A DNA stretch of 64,000 nt, from the NCBI GenBank assembly GCA_963769025.1, contig CAVYKI010000009.1:864001-928000 (forward strand). Reading direction: 5' to 3'. Both the position numbers and the translations under genes were made by a program. Below the pieces are notes generated by a model. That model was not told the DNA's origin. It ran no database searches and saw only the letters and a program-made list of their open reading frames with translations. This DNA is from an uncultured Verrucomicrobiae bacterium (GTDB lineage Bacteria > Verrucomicrobiota > Verrucomicrobiia > Chthoniobacterales > Chthoniobacteraceae). Position 1 is the first letter of the stretch; every line of letters begins with the position of its first letter. Below, one piece after another: positions 10,757 through 20,983 of this stretch.

Positions 10757-12507
10757 TAGTCCGTCACCGCACCCTTGCTCGCGGTGGCGACGGTCTTGGC
10801 GTACTTCGAGAGCACGCCGCGGGTGTAGCGGGCGGCGGGGGCTTTCCACTTGGCGAGGCGTTTTTCAATTTCGGCCTTCGGGAGATCAAGCGTGAGCGTG
10901 CGCTGCTCCGCGTCGATTTTGATGGCGTCGCCGTTCTTCACGATCGCGAGCGGTCCGCCGAGTGCGGCCTCGGGCGTGATGTGGCCGACCACGAAGCCGT
11001 GGCTGCCGCCGCTGAAGCGTCCGTCGGTGATGAGCGCGACGTCGTTGCCGAGTCCGCGGCCCATGACGGCGCTCGTGGGGCTGAGCATCTCGCGCATGCC
11101 TGGCCCTCCGACCGGTCCTTCGAGACGGATGACGATGACGTGGCCCTTTTTCACGGTGCCGTCGAGGACCGCCGTCAGCGCGTCCTGTTCGTTTTCAAAG
11201 ACGATGGCCTTGCCGGTGAAGTGCGTGCCTTCCTTGCCGGAGATTTTCGCGACCGCGCCGCCGGGGGCGAGGTTGCCGTAGAGGACGACGAGGTGGCTGT
11301 CCTTTTTGATCGGGTTCGCGATGGGGCGGATGATCTCCTGGCCCTTCGGATACGCTTTCACGCGCTTGAGGTTTTCCTTCAGCGTCTTGCCGGTGACGGT
11401 CATGCAGCCTCCGTGGAGCAGGCCTTCGTCGAGCATGAGCTTCATGAGCGGGGTCTGGCCGCCGATGGCGACGAGTTCGGACATGAGGAAGCGTCCGCTC
11501 GGCTTGAGGTCCGCGAGCACGGGGATCTTTTTGCCGATCTTCGTGAAGTCATCGAGTTCGAGCTTCACATTGGCGGAATGCGCCATCGCGAGAAGATGGA
11601 GCACGGCATTGGTCGAGCCGCCGAGGGCGATGACGATGGCGATGGCGTTCTCGAATGACTCGCGGGAAAGGATGTCGCTCGGGCGGATGCCGCGTTTGAT
11701 CAACTCGACCACTGCTACGCCGGCGGCCCGCGCGTCGGCGGCCTTTTCCTTCGACACGGCGTTTTGTGCGGAGCTGTTCGGGAGCGACATGCCCAGCGCC
11801 TCGATGGCGCTGGCCATCGTATTGGCGGTGTACATTCCGCCGCACGAGCCGGCGCCGGGGATGGCGTGTTCTTCAATCAGCGCGAGTTCGCGTTCGTCGA
11901 GCGCGCCAGCGGCGTGTTTGCCCACGGCCTCGAAGCACGAGACGATGTCGAGCGGCTTGTCTGCGAGAAGCGCGGCGCGCTCCTTGTTCAGGCGGCGCTC
12001 GGCGAGGATGCCGGTGATGCAGCCTGGCAGAATGGTGCCGCCGTACACGAACACCGCGGGGCGATCCAGGCGCGCCATCGCGATGAGGCAGCCGGGCATG
12101 TTCTTGTCGCACCCGCCGATGGCCACGAGGCCGTCGAACTGCTGGCAGGCCATTACCGTCTCGATGCTGTCCGCGATGACTTCGCGCGAAACGAGCGAGT
12201 ATTTCATCCCCTCGGTGCCCATGCTGATGCCGTCGGAGATGGTGATCGTGCCGAAGATGATCCCCTTCCCGCCCACGGAATTCACGCCGGCTTCGGCCTG
12301 CCGCGCGAGGCCGTCGATGTGCATGTTGCAAGGCGTGACCATGCTCCAGGTACTGGCGATGCCGACCTGTGACTTTTTGAAGTCCTCCCGAGCAAAACCA
12401 ACGGCATGCAGCATGGCGCGGCTCGCCGAGCGTTCGGGCCCATCCACGACTTGTCGTGACCAACGGCGGTGAAGTGACCCGGGATGTTTTGAAGGCTCTC
12501 TGCTCAT
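10756..12507 (-). CDS. ilvD: Dihydroxy-acid dehydratase
   Basis: TPCNMH, SDGISMGTEGM, GGCDKNMPG, GSCGGMYTANTM, GPGMREML, TDGRFSGG. Confidence 0.97.
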   Translation of the reverse strand: MSREPSKHPGSLHRRWSRQVVDGPERSASRAMLHAVGFAREDFKKSQVGIASTWSMVTPCNMHIDGLARQAEAGVNSVGGKGIIFGTITISDGISMGTEGMKYSLVSREVIADSIETVMACQQFDGLVAIGGCDKNMPGCLIAMARLDRPAVFVYGGTILPGCITGILAERRLNKERAALLADKPLDIVSCFEAVGKHAAGALDERELALIEEHAIPGAGSCGGMYTANTMASAIEALGMSLPNSSAQNAVSKEKAADARAAGVAVVELIKRGIRPSDILSRESFENAIAIVIALGGSTNAVLHLLAMAHSANVKLELDDFTKIGKKIPVLADLKPSGRFLMSELVAIGGQTPLMKLMLDEGLLHGGCMTVTGKTLKENLKRVKAYPKGQEIIRPIANPIKKDSHLVVLYGNLAPGGAVAKISGKEGTHFTGKAIVFENEQDALTAVLDGTVKKGHVIVIRLEGPVGGPGMREMLSPTSAVMGRGLGNDVALITDGRFSGGSHGFVVGHITPEAALGGPLAIVKNGDAIKIDAEQRTLTLDLPKAEIEKRLAKWKAPAARYTRGVLSKYAKTVATASKGAVTD

Positions 12508-12525
12508 ATTTTGAAAAGGGCGCGC

Positions 12526-12554
12526 ACCCTAGCGACCTGCATCGCAGATGGCAA
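12526..12554 (-). promoter_or_regulatory. Putative sigma70-type promoter of ilvD
   Basis: TTGCCA-17 nt-TAGGGT on the minus strand. Confidence 0.55.
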
Positions 12555-12679
12555 GGACGTCGGACGGAGCGGACGCCGGACGGCGGTTTGCGGGCAGAAA
12601 TCCGCCGCGCCGCCGCTGGCAGAGGGGGGAATTTCGCTTTTCTCCCCGGGCGTGCTCTGTTTCATTCGTCCCCCTTTCT

Positions 12680-13984
12680 ATGCCAGCCAATCGAATCGCC
12701 ACCGCCGTAATTTCAATCCTGTCCGGCCTGTGTGTGCTGCTTCAGGCGGACACGATCGTTTTGAAGTCCGGGGAGAAACTGGAGGGGAAAATCCTCAGTG
12801 AGACCGATGCGGAGGTCACCATGAGCGTGCAGGTTTCGGCGACGATCAAGGACGAGCGCGTGGTGAAACGGGATGAAATCGACAAGGTGCTGAAAGTGCA
12901 GCCGGAGGAGGAGGCGTGGGTGGCACTGGGAAATCTGGTGCCCGGCAGCGACTCGCTCGAACGGGATGACTACGACCGGGTGAAAACGGCGCTGCAATAT
13001 TTCATCACGGCCTTTCCCAAGAGCGGCTACGTCGCGGTGGCAAAGGAAAGGCTCGACCAATTCACGGCGGAGCAGGCGCGCGTGAACAAGGGCGAGGTGA
13101 AAATGGACAACGAGTGGCTCCCGAAGGAGAAGGTGCAGGAGGAACGCATCCAGGTCGGGGGCCACATCCTTCTGAACCGGATGAAGCGGGCCGTGGCCGC
13201 AGGCCAACTCACGGACGGCATGGCAATCTTTGACCAGTTGGAAAAGGGCTTTGTCGGATCCGCGAGCTACCCGGAGGCGGTGGAACTGGGCCGCCGGGTG
13301 CTGCCCTCGTTGAAGGCAGCGGTGGAGCAAAGACAGGCTTACTTGAAACGGCGGATCGCGGACGAGAAACAGCGGCTCACGACATCGACGGGCTCGGAAC
13401 GCGATCAGCTCGCGGCATTGATCAAAAAGGAGACCGCCACGACCGACGCGACGATCGCAGCGACCGAGAAGGCGGGGATCAAATGGCTCCCGCTGCATCC
13501 GGCGAACGAGCGCAGCCTTGCGTCGCTGGCGTCGCGCGTCACGTCGGAAACGGCACGACTGAACAACCTTCGCACCGACAAGATGCAGGAATCCGTCGCC
13601 GCATCGGAAACCGCCGAGAAGGCGCTGGCCGTCGGCAGACTCGACGAGGCGGAGGCGGCGTTGAAGGAGGCCCTTTCCGCGTGGCCCGCAAATGAACTGG
13701 CCAAACGGCTCCAGATAAAGCTCACCGATGCGAAAAAGGCGGCGGCCGGATCCAAGAGCCCCACTCCGCCACCGACGCCGACGCCAAAGCCGAAAAAGCC
13801 GTCGTCGGCATCCTCGGCACCTTCCGAGCCCGCCCCGGTCCAGTCCGAGGAGCCGCAGGAGTCGCCATTCTATAAACGCCCGTTCTTTTTCATCGCGCTC
13901 GCGGTGGTCATCGCGTTCGGCGCGATCGCCGGAAAGATGCTCGCGAAGTCGCGCGCCGGCTCGAACGACGTGATCGACAAGTAG
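12680..13984 (+). CDS. Exported protein resembling the verrucomicrobial PTPDL family, with Pro-rich linker and C-terminal TM anchor
   Basis: Signal peptide, ADTIVLKSGEKLEGKILSE, IKDER, LVPGSDSL at the PTPDL position; C-terminal hydrophobic helix followed by basic residues. Confidence 0.6.
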   Translation: MPANRIATAVISILSGLCVLLQADTIVLKSGEKLEGKILSETDAEVTMSVQVSATIKDERVVKRDEIDKVLKVQPEEEAWVALGNLVPGSDSLERDDYDRVKTALQYFITAFPKSGYVAVAKERLDQFTAEQARVNKGEVKMDNEWLPKEKVQEERIQVGGHILLNRMKRAVAAGQLTDGMAIFDQLEKGFVGSASYPEAVELGRRVLPSLKAAVEQRQAYLKRRIADEKQRLTTSTGSERDQLAALIKKETATTDATIAATEKAGIKWLPLHPANERSLASLASRVTSETARLNNLRTDKMQESVAASETAEKALAVGRLDEAEAALKEALSAWPANELAKRLQIKLTDAKKAAAGSKSPTPPPTPTPKPKKPSSASSAPSEPAPVQSEEPQESPFYKRPFFFIALAVVIAFGAIAGKMLAKSRAGSNDVIDK

Positions 13985-14024
13985 CCACCCGCGCCCGACA
14001 CCGGACACCACCGAACGACTCATC

Positions 14025-14612
14025 ATGCCCCGCTCCGCTCAGATCCACCGCAAGACCGGCGAGACCGAAATCAGCATCGGCCTCACCATCGAAGGCCGCG
14101 GCACTTCGACCATCGCGACGAAGATTCCCTTCTTCGATCATATGCTCACGCTTTTTGCCCGGCATAGCCTCATGGATCTGGATGTGAAGGCCGACGGCGA
14201 CATCGAGGTGGACCTTCACCACACCGTCGAGGACACGGGTATCGCGCTCGGCCAGGCATTCGCAAAGGCGCTCGGCGACAAGTCGGGCGTCCGCCGTTAC
14301 GGCTTCGCCTACCTTCCGATGGACGAGACGCTCGCCCGAGTCGTCGTGGATTTCAGCGGCCGGCCCTTCCTCGAATACCGCGCGCCGCAGGGCGTCGCGA
14401 GCATCGGCGGCTTTGCATTCCAGCTCGTCGAGGAATTCCTGCGCGCGTTCAGCGTCCATGCCGGCTGCAATCTGCATGCGGAAATCCTCTACGGCCGCGA
14501 CGCGCACCACATGGCCGAGGCGATCTTCAAGGGCCTCGCCAAGGCCGTGGACGCCGCGTGCCAGATCGACCCGCGCGTGACCGGCATCCCGAGCACCAAG
14601 GGAATGCTGTGA
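14025..14612 (+). CDS. hisB: Imidazoleglycerol-phosphate dehydratase
   Basis: RKTGET, FFDHML, HHTVED, PMDE, HHMAEAIFK, PSTKG. Confidence 0.97.
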   Translation: MPRSAQIHRKTGETEISIGLTIEGRGTSTIATKIPFFDHMLTLFARHSLMDLDVKADGDIEVDLHHTVEDTGIALGQAFAKALGDKSGVRRYGFAYLPMDETLARVVVDFSGRPFLEYRAPQGVASIGGFAFQLVEEFLRAFSVHAGCNLHAEILYGRDAHHMAEAIFKGLAKAVDAACQIDPRVTGIPSTKGML

Positions 14613-15220
14613 GCCGCGACATGGTCGCCCTCATCGACTACGGCTCCGGCAATGTCCGCAGTGTTTTCAATGCGCTGAAATCGCTCGGCGCCGATGTGCT
14701 GCTCACCGCCGACCCGGCCGAGATCGCTCGCGCGAAACGCGTCGTGCTGCCGGGCGTGGGCGCGTTCGGCGACTGCGTGAGCGGGCTGAAGGAGCGAGGC
14801 TTGTGGGATGGGATGCATGCCGCGCTGCAGGACGGCAGGCCGTTCCTCGGCATCTGCGTCGGCTATCAGATGCTTTTCGAGGAGAGCGAGGAAAGCCCCG
14901 GCATTCGCGGCTTCGGATTTTTCCCGGGTCGCGTGAAGCGCTTCACCACGCCGGGGCTGAAGGTGCCGCAGATCGGGTGGAACTCGCTCGATCTCGTCCC
15001 GCACGCGCTGTGGTCGGGGCTGCCATCGAATCCCTACGTGTATTTCGTCCACAGCTATTTCCCGGCGAGCGGCGACGAATCCACCGTGATCGCGCGCAGC
15101 ACGTACGGCGAGACATTCGCGGCCGCGGCAGCACGCGGAAATGTGGCCGGCGTGCAATTCCATCCGGAAAAAAGCCAGGCTGTCGGCCTTGGGATTCTGC
15201 GGAATTTTCTCACGGCGTGA
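14609..15220 (+). CDS. hisH: Imidazole glycerol phosphate synthase glutaminase subunit
   Basis: IDYGSGN, LPGVGAF, GICVG, YFVHSY, QFHPEKS. Start is GTG 14609 (overlapping the hisB stop) or ATG 14621. Confidence 0.96.
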   Translation: MSRDMVALIDYGSGNVRSVFNALKSLGADVLLTADPAEIARAKRVVLPGVGAFGDCVSGLKERGLWDGMHAALQDGRPFLGICVGYQMLFEESEESPGIRGFGFFPGRVKRFTTPGLKVPQIGWNSLDLVPHALWSGLPSNPYVYFVHSYFPASGDESTVIARSTYGETFAAAAARGNVAGVQFHPEKSQAVGLGILRNFLTA

Positions 15221-15250
15221 GCCGCCGGGGGCGCGGGGAGAACACTCCGC

Positions 15251-15280
15251 TTGCGGTTGGCGGCGCGCCGCGCGTAGCGT
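15251..15280 (+). promoter_or_regulatory. Putative promoter 6 nt upstream of the FKBP start codon
   Basis: TTGCGG-18-TAGCGT-ccgcac-ATG. Confidence 0.55.
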
Positions 15281-15286
15281 CCGCAC

Positions 15287-15751
15287 ATGAAACGCATCCT
15301 CCTCGCCGCTCTCGCATTCAGCGTTACCCTTTTCTGGTTCGCGTCCGGCGTGCGCGCTCAGATCGGCAGGGAAAAGGGCGAGGCATTTCTTGAGGAGAAC
15401 GGCAAAAAGGAAGGCGTAAAGACACTGCCGAGCGGGCTGCAATATCGCGTGCTGAAGGAGGGCGACGGGAAGCATCCGAAAAAGCCCGACCAGGTCGTGG
15501 TGCAATATAAGGGCATGCTCATCGACGGGACGGAATTCGACAGCAGCTACAAGCGCGGCGAGCCCGCGAAGTTTGGCGTGTCACAGGTGATCAAAGGCTG
15601 GACCGAGGCGCTCCAGCTCATGAAGGAAGGCTCGAAGTGGATCATCTACGTTCCGTGGCAGCTCGCCTACGGCGACAAAGGCACGGGCAAATTGATCGGG
15701 CCGCACGAGACGCTCATTTTCGAGGTGGACCTGATCGCCGTGATGCCGTGA
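15287..15751 (+). CDS. FKBP-type peptidyl-prolyl isomerase, secreted
   Basis: [30 protein letters not shown]. Confidence 0.95.
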   Translation: MKRILLAALAFSVTLFWFASGVRAQIGREKGEAFLEENGKKEGVKTLPSGLQYRVLKEGDGKHPKKPDQVVVQYKGMLIDGTEFDSSYKRGEPAKFGVSQVIKGWTEALQLMKEGSKWIIYVPWQLAYGDKGTGKLIGPHETLIFEVDLIAVMP

Positions 15752-15767
15752 TGAGGCAAGGCCCCGC

Positions 15768-16979
15768 CTACAGCGCGTCGCGGAGAATCTGAAAGACGTC
15801 CGTGTTGTCGAGATAGCCCTGCAGCCTTTGCGCGCCGAGCCCGGCTCCGAGCGCCAGCACATCCTCGGCGGTATTCACGCCGCCCGCCGCTTCGCGGGCC
15901 ACGGGTTCAGTCGCCTTTTCGATTTTCGGGCCGGTCGCCCAGGTGATGTAGGGATTCCCATCCGGCGTCGGACCGAGCAGTGCGAGTCCCTTGTCCTGCC
16001 GGAGCGGAAAGCCGCTGAGCGCGAAGCCTCCGATGCTCGTCCGCCCGACGGCGAGGACCAGCGATTTCTCGCCGGCGTATTTCATCGCGGTGCTGATGGC
16101 GTGATCCAGTTCCAGCATCTCGCGCATCAGGTGTTCGCCTTCGTTCAGCACGCACGCCTGGGAGACCAGCGACTCATCCACGACCAGCACGTAGCCATGC
16201 CGGTTTGTCTCGAGGCTCTCCACGGCGCGGCGGACGAGATCAGCGAGCGAAGGCTGCACCAGCGCGAGTTCACGCTGCTTCGCAAAATCCAACGAGCGCG
16301 GAGCAAACAGGCCGAGCAGCGTGCCCTCACGGTACGGCGATGCCCCCTCGAGTTCCACGCGTGAGCGGATGACTTCCCATCCCGGCGCCTTCAGGCCTGC
16401 GAGCAGATCCTTCCCATCCTTACGACGCCCGCCCGCCGTTGCGGGGAGGAAATCCTCGCTGCCGCCGCCGAGCAGCACCTGAAATTTCGGCGCGGCAAGC
16501 AATGCAGGCGCGAGCGCCTGCCCGTCCTCGGCATTCGTCGTGTGCGCGTAGAACGCTGCGGCCGATGCCGCGGTGAGGCTGCCATTCGTCACGAGCCCGA
16601 CGGCCCGGCCTTCCTTGCGCGCGAGTTCGAGAATGGACGTGATCGATCCTCCGCGTTCATCCACGCCCACCGTGTGATGCTTCGCCTTCCGGCCCGTCGC
16701 CAACGCGCTCGACATCGACGCCGCGTCGGGGACGGAAAACTGCGCCGCGTCGTTCCGCACGAGCGCGGAATTCGGCAGGAGCCGCTCGATTTCGAGACGG
16801 TGTTCCGCGCCGCCCGCAAAAAGCCGCGCCGCCGTGATGTGCCGCGCGACCATGCCGTCGCTCACGAAAATGATGATCCCAAACGGACGCTGCACGACCC
16901 AGAACCGCACGTACAGGACCCCAATCCCGAGGAAGCCGAGGAGGATCGCAAACGCGAGAAAGATGTTCCGGAGCCGCAT
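15768..16979 (-). CDS. Alkaline phosphatase homologue with N-terminal TM anchor and degenerate active site
   Basis: IIIFVSDGM, ALATG, VLLGGG, GRRKDGKDL, LLGLFA, QPSLADL, TAEDV, DNTDVF mark the AP fold; catalytic residues are substituted. Confidence 0.85.
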   Translation of the reverse strand: MRLRNIFLAFAILLGFLGIGVLYVRFWVVQRPFGIIIFVSDGMVARHITAARLFAGGAEHRLEIERLLPNSALVRNDAAQFSVPDAASMSSALATGRKAKHHTVGVDERGGSITSILELARKEGRAVGLVTNGSLTAASAAAFYAHTTNAEDGQALAPALLAAPKFQVLLGGGSEDFLPATAGGRRKDGKDLLAGLKAPGWEVIRSRVELEGASPYREGTLLGLFAPRSLDFAKQRELALVQPSLADLVRRAVESLETNRHGYVLVVDESLVSQACVLNEGEHLMREMLELDHAISTAMKYAGEKSLVLAVGRTSIGGFALSGFPLRQDKGLALLGPTPDGNPYITWATGPKIEKATEPVAREAAGGVNTAEDVLALGAGLGAQRLQGYLDNTDVFQILRDAL

Positions 16980-17095
16980 GTGGCGCGGATTCAACGCCGC
17001 ACACGCGCCTTGGCAATGAGAGAATTCATCAGCTTCGCGCGAGGCGCCGGCTTTTGGTGCTTGGAGTGCGCGCAGCCCGGCTGTTGTCTCCCGCG

Positions 17096-18436
17096 ATGCA
17101 AGAGCCGGCAGCAAAGGCCCCGTTCCACCGCGACGCGACAAAGGCAGTCGCGCTGCTGCTGACGATCAACCTCTTCAACTACATCGACCGCTACATCCTC
17201 GCTGCGGTGGTGCCGTCGCTGAAGGCGGAGTTTCACCTCAGCGACGACCGCGCGGGCCTCCTCGCCACCGCATTCCTCTACGCCTACATGTTCGGCGCCC
17301 CCATCCTCGGACGGATCGCCGAGCGATTCTCCCGATGGTGGATCGTCGCAGGCAGCGTCGCGGTGTGGAGTCTCGCAAGCGGGTGGACCGGGCTTGCCGC
17401 CAGTTTTGGCGTGCTGCTTGCGAGCCGCGTGGTCGTCGGCATCGGCGAGGCCGGCTACGGGCCGGCGGCACCGGCGCTCCTCTCGGATTATTTTCCCATC
17501 GAGCGTCGCGGAAGGATGATGGCCCTCTTCTACGTCGCCATCCCCGTCGGCAGCGCGTTCGGCTACGTCATCGGCGGGCAGGTCAATGAATGGCTCGGCT
17601 GGCGCTGGGCCTTCTTCCTCGTCGTTCCGCCGGGTCTTCTCCTCGCGGTGCTGTCCTTGCGAATGCGCGAACCGCACCCGCACCGGCCCCGCGTCATCAG
17701 CAAGGGCACACTCCGCGCCGATGCCCGCACGCTGCTCCGCATCCCTTCCTATCTGCTGAACACCGCCGCCATGACCGCCATGACCTTTGCCATCGGCGGC
17801 ATCTCGTTCTGGATCCCCACGTACATGGCGCAGCGCCTCGCCGAGCAGCGGGGCCTCCCGGCGCTCAGCGCCCTCGGCGACATCGGCACGCTCAGCCAGT
17901 TCAACAAAATCCTCGCCCAGGTGAATACCACCTTCGGCCTCATCGTCGTCATCGCCGGCATCATCTCCACGCTCGCCGGAAGTTGGGTTGGCGACAAGCT
18001 CCGCCCGCGCTACAGCGGCGCATACTTCACCGTATCCGGCATCGCCATCCTCCTCGCGTTTCCCTGCACGCTCGCGATGCTGAAGCTCCCCTTCCCCTAC
18101 GCGTGGTATGCCGTCTTCGGCGCGGTCTTCTTCCTCTTCTTCAACACAGGTCCCGCAAATACCGCGCTCGCCAACGTCACCTCCCCGGCCATGCGCGCCA
18201 CGGCATTTGCGATCAATATCTTCCTCATCCACGCCTTCGGCGACGCGCTCTCCCCGCCGCTCATCGGCTGGGTGAAAACCCACACAAACTGGGACACCGC
18301 GTTCGCCCTCGTATCGCTGATGATGCTGCTCGCGAGCGCGCTCTGGTTCATCGCCGCACGCTATCTCGGCAGGGACACGGCAGCGGTCGAGCAGATCGAA
18401 GCCGCACGCGACGCGGAGGAGGCGAAGGGGATCTGA
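17096..18436 (+). CDS. MFS transporter (spinster-like)
   Basis: NLFNYIDRY, RVVVGIGEA, LSDYFP; about 12 hydrophobic segments. Confidence 0.9.
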   Translation: MQEPAAKAPFHRDATKAVALLLTINLFNYIDRYILAAVVPSLKAEFHLSDDRAGLLATAFLYAYMFGAPILGRIAERFSRWWIVAGSVAVWSLASGWTGLAASFGVLLASRVVVGIGEAGYGPAAPALLSDYFPIERRGRMMALFYVAIPVGSAFGYVIGGQVNEWLGWRWAFFLVVPPGLLLAVLSLRMREPHPHRPRVISKGTLRADARTLLRIPSYLLNTAAMTAMTFAIGGISFWIPTYMAQRLAEQRGLPALSALGDIGTLSQFNKILAQVNTTFGLIVVIAGIISTLAGSWVGDKLRPRYSGAYFTVSGIAILLAFPCTLAMLKLPFPYAWYAVFGAVFFLFFNTGPANTALANVTSPAMRATAFAINIFLIHAFGDALSPPLIGWVKTHTNWDTAFALVSLMMLLASALWFIAARYLGRDTAAVEQIEAARDAEEAKGI

Positions 18437-18457
18437 CGCAGCGGACCTCGCGGCGCT

Positions 18458-19879
18458 TTACTTGCCGTCGCCGTCCTCGGGGAGCGGCCGACCCTTGGTC
18501 TCCGGGAGGAACCACAGGGCGACAAGTCCGAGAAAGAAGACGCCACTGAGGTAGCACGCCGCATCGCGGAAGGCTTCAAGCTTGGCGGCGGCCTTTGCCG
18601 CGGCATCAGCGGTTTCGGGAAGTGCAAGCACGGCCTTGTCGCCGAGGAATTTTTGCAGCGCACCGAGCGTGAACGGGCCGGAGGCGGCGATGAAGCGGCC
18701 GACATTGTAGCAAAAGCTGGTGCCGGTGCTGCGGAGGCGTGTCGGGAAAAGTTCGGGCAGGTAGATGGCAAATCCGGCGAAGAGCCCGAGTTGGAAGAAG
18801 CCCATCACGGCGCTCATCCAGATGTCGCCCTTGCCGCTGAAATTCCTGAAGAAGAAAACCGTCGCTGCAAAGGCGAGCACGAATCCGGCGGCGAACGCCT
18901 TCTTGCGGCCAAAGGCGTGACAGGCCTTGCTGAAAACGATCATGCCCGCGAAGGCGCCGATGTTCTGGACGATGAGATTGTAGGAAATCCACCGCCCTTT
19001 TTCCGCCCCGAGGTCCGGCCCGCTGAGACCCTGGCCTTTCAGCGACGCCTCGATGGCAGGGCCGACGAGTTCCGGGCTGAAGAAGCCGACGCCCCAGAGC
19101 CCGACGACGCCTGCGATGCAAAGCACCATGCCGAGCAATGCGGGCGTCCTCCATCGCGCCTCGCCAAACATGTCGGAGTATGAGCCCATCTTCCTGCCAC
19201 CCACCGCGCGACTGGCGGCGCGGGCCTCGACCCACTTCTCGGGTTCCTTCAACCGGAGCATGATGAAGATGCAGAGAAACGCGGGGAGCGCGCCGATCCA
19301 GAAGAGGTATTTCCAAGACTGCGTGGGATCCATTTTGGCGACCGCCATCGCGCAAAGGCCGGCGGTGACGTTGCCGACCGCTGAGAGCGCCTGTAGGAGA
19401 CCGAGGGCTTTCGGACGCGCGGTTTCCGGAAGCGCATCCGCGACGAGCGCCACGGCGAGGCCAAAGACGCCACCGACGCCGAGTCCGGTGATGAATCGGT
19501 AAATGCAGAAATCAAAAATGCTTTGCGAGAATGCACTCAGGCCGGTGCACACGGAGTACAGCAGCACGGTGATGGCGAGCGTCCGCGCGCGCCCGATGCG
19601 GTCGCCGACAGAGCCGAAAATCAGCCCGCCCGTCGCCCAGCCCATGACGAAGATGGATGTGGCGTAACCGCCCCACTCCTTGACCTTCGCCGGATCGACC
19701 TTGCTGAAATCAATCCCGGCGTCTGAGGCGAGCAGCGTCTGGATGGCGTTGTTGCGCGCGAGGATGAAGAGCTGCTGGTCGAGGCAGTCGAAGAGCCATG
19801 CGGCTGAGGCGACGATGAAAACAAACCAGTGATAAGCGGTGAGCTGCTTCCACCAAGGGAGATCGGGGTTCTGGGACAT
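18458..19879 (-). CDS. MFS transporter
   Basis: GDRIGRARTL, RFITGLGVGG, PELFPTRLR, PETKGRPLP. Confidence 0.92.
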   Translation of the reverse strand: MSQNPDLPWWKQLTAYHWFVFIVASAAWLFDCLDQQLFILARNNAIQTLLASDAGIDFSKVDPAKVKEWGGYATSIFVMGWATGGLIFGSVGDRIGRARTLAITVLLYSVCTGLSAFSQSIFDFCIYRFITGLGVGGVFGLAVALVADALPETARPKALGLLQALSAVGNVTAGLCAMAVAKMDPTQSWKYLFWIGALPAFLCIFIMLRLKEPEKWVEARAASRAVGGRKMGSYSDMFGEARWRTPALLGMVLCIAGVVGLWGVGFFSPELVGPAIEASLKGQGLSGPDLGAEKGRWISYNLIVQNIGAFAGMIVFSKACHAFGRKKAFAAGFVLAFAATVFFFRNFSGKGDIWMSAVMGFFQLGLFAGFAIYLPELFPTRLRSTGTSFCYNVGRFIAASGPFTLGALQKFLGDKAVLALPETADAAAKAAAKLEAFRDAACYLSGVFFLGLVALWFLPETKGRPLPEDGDGK

Positions 19880-20104
19880 GACGGCGCGGAGAGTGACGAT
19901 GCACCTCGCGTGCGGCTAGGAAAAAGTCTGACGCCACGTTGTCGCGCGCATACGGGAAGCGGCGGCGCCAATGAGCGGAAGGCCGCTGGCGCTCTCGAAC
20001 ATCGGACCACGAAGACGGAACTGCGGAAAAAGTCCCCGTCATCTTCGCCCGAATATCCGTGCCGCGCGTTCGACGCTGAATCCGCCCGCCTCTTTCGTCG
20101 GTGG

Positions 20105-20983
20105 CTACTTCCGCTTGCCGCGCTTCGGGACCTTCAACGATTTGAACTTTCGCGTGAGGCTCGTGAGCGATTCCTCGATGCCCATCCGCTCCAGCGAAGT
20201 CGCGCCGACAAAGCCCACGGCATCCGTGTTTGCGATCACGCGCTCCGCGTCCTCCGGCGTGTTGATCGGCCCGCCGTGGCAGAGGAAAAAGATGTCCTTC
20301 CGCACCCGGCTCGCCGCATCAATGATCTCCTGCGTACGCTGGATCGTGAAGTCCCAGCTCTTCACCGCGCTCTTCACCCCGATGCTCCCGCCGACCGTTG
20401 TGCCGACGTGCGCGATGATCGCATCGGCGCCGGCCTTCGCCATTTCCACGGCCTCCTCGGGCGAGCCGACATAGACGATCGAGAAAAGATCCATGCGCCG
20501 CGCGAGCGCGACCATCTCGAATTCCTTCTTCACGCTCATGCCCGTTTCCTCGAGCACGCCGCGGAAATGCCCGTCCACGATCGTGTGCGTGGGGAAATTG
20601 TTCACGCCGGAGAAGCCCATCTCCTTCACCTTGCCGAGCCAATGCCACATGCGCCGACGCGGGTCGGTCGCATGGACGCCGCAAATCACCGGGCATTCCT
20701 CGACGACGGGCAGCACCTCGAATTCACCGATCTCCATCGCGATGGCGTTCGCGTCGCCGTAAGCCATCATGCCCGCCGTCGAGCCATGCCCCATCATGCG
20801 GAAGCGGCCGCTGTTATAAATGATGATGAGGTCCGCCCCGCCGCGCTCGATGAACTTCGCCGAGATGCCCGTGCCAGCGCCGCCGGCGATGATGGCGTTG
20901 CCTTTCTTCAGCGTCGCGCGCAGGCGTTCGCAGACTTCCTTGCGGGTGTAGGGGTTTCCTTTTCCAGTCCAGGGATTCGGCAT
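20105..20983 (-). CDS. TIM-barrel signal transduction protein (PEP hydrolase / Tm-1-like family)
   Basis: GAGTGISAK, ADLIIIYNSGRFR, GFSGVNNFPT, LCHGGPI, GFVGATSLER. Confidence 0.9.
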   Translation of the reverse strand: MPNPWTGKGNPYTRKEVCERLRATLKKGNAIIAGGAGTGISAKFIERGGADLIIIYNSGRFRMMGHGSTAGMMAYGDANAIAMEIGEFEVLPVVEECPVICGVHATDPRRRMWHWLGKVKEMGFSGVNNFPTHTIVDGHFRGVLEETGMSVKKEFEMVALARRMDLFSIVYVGSPEEAVEMAKAGADAIIAHVGTTVGGSIGVKSAVKSWDFTIQRTQEIIDAASRVRKDIFFLCHGGPINTPEDAERVIANTDAVGFVGATSLERMGIEESLTSLTRKFKSLKVPKRGKRK

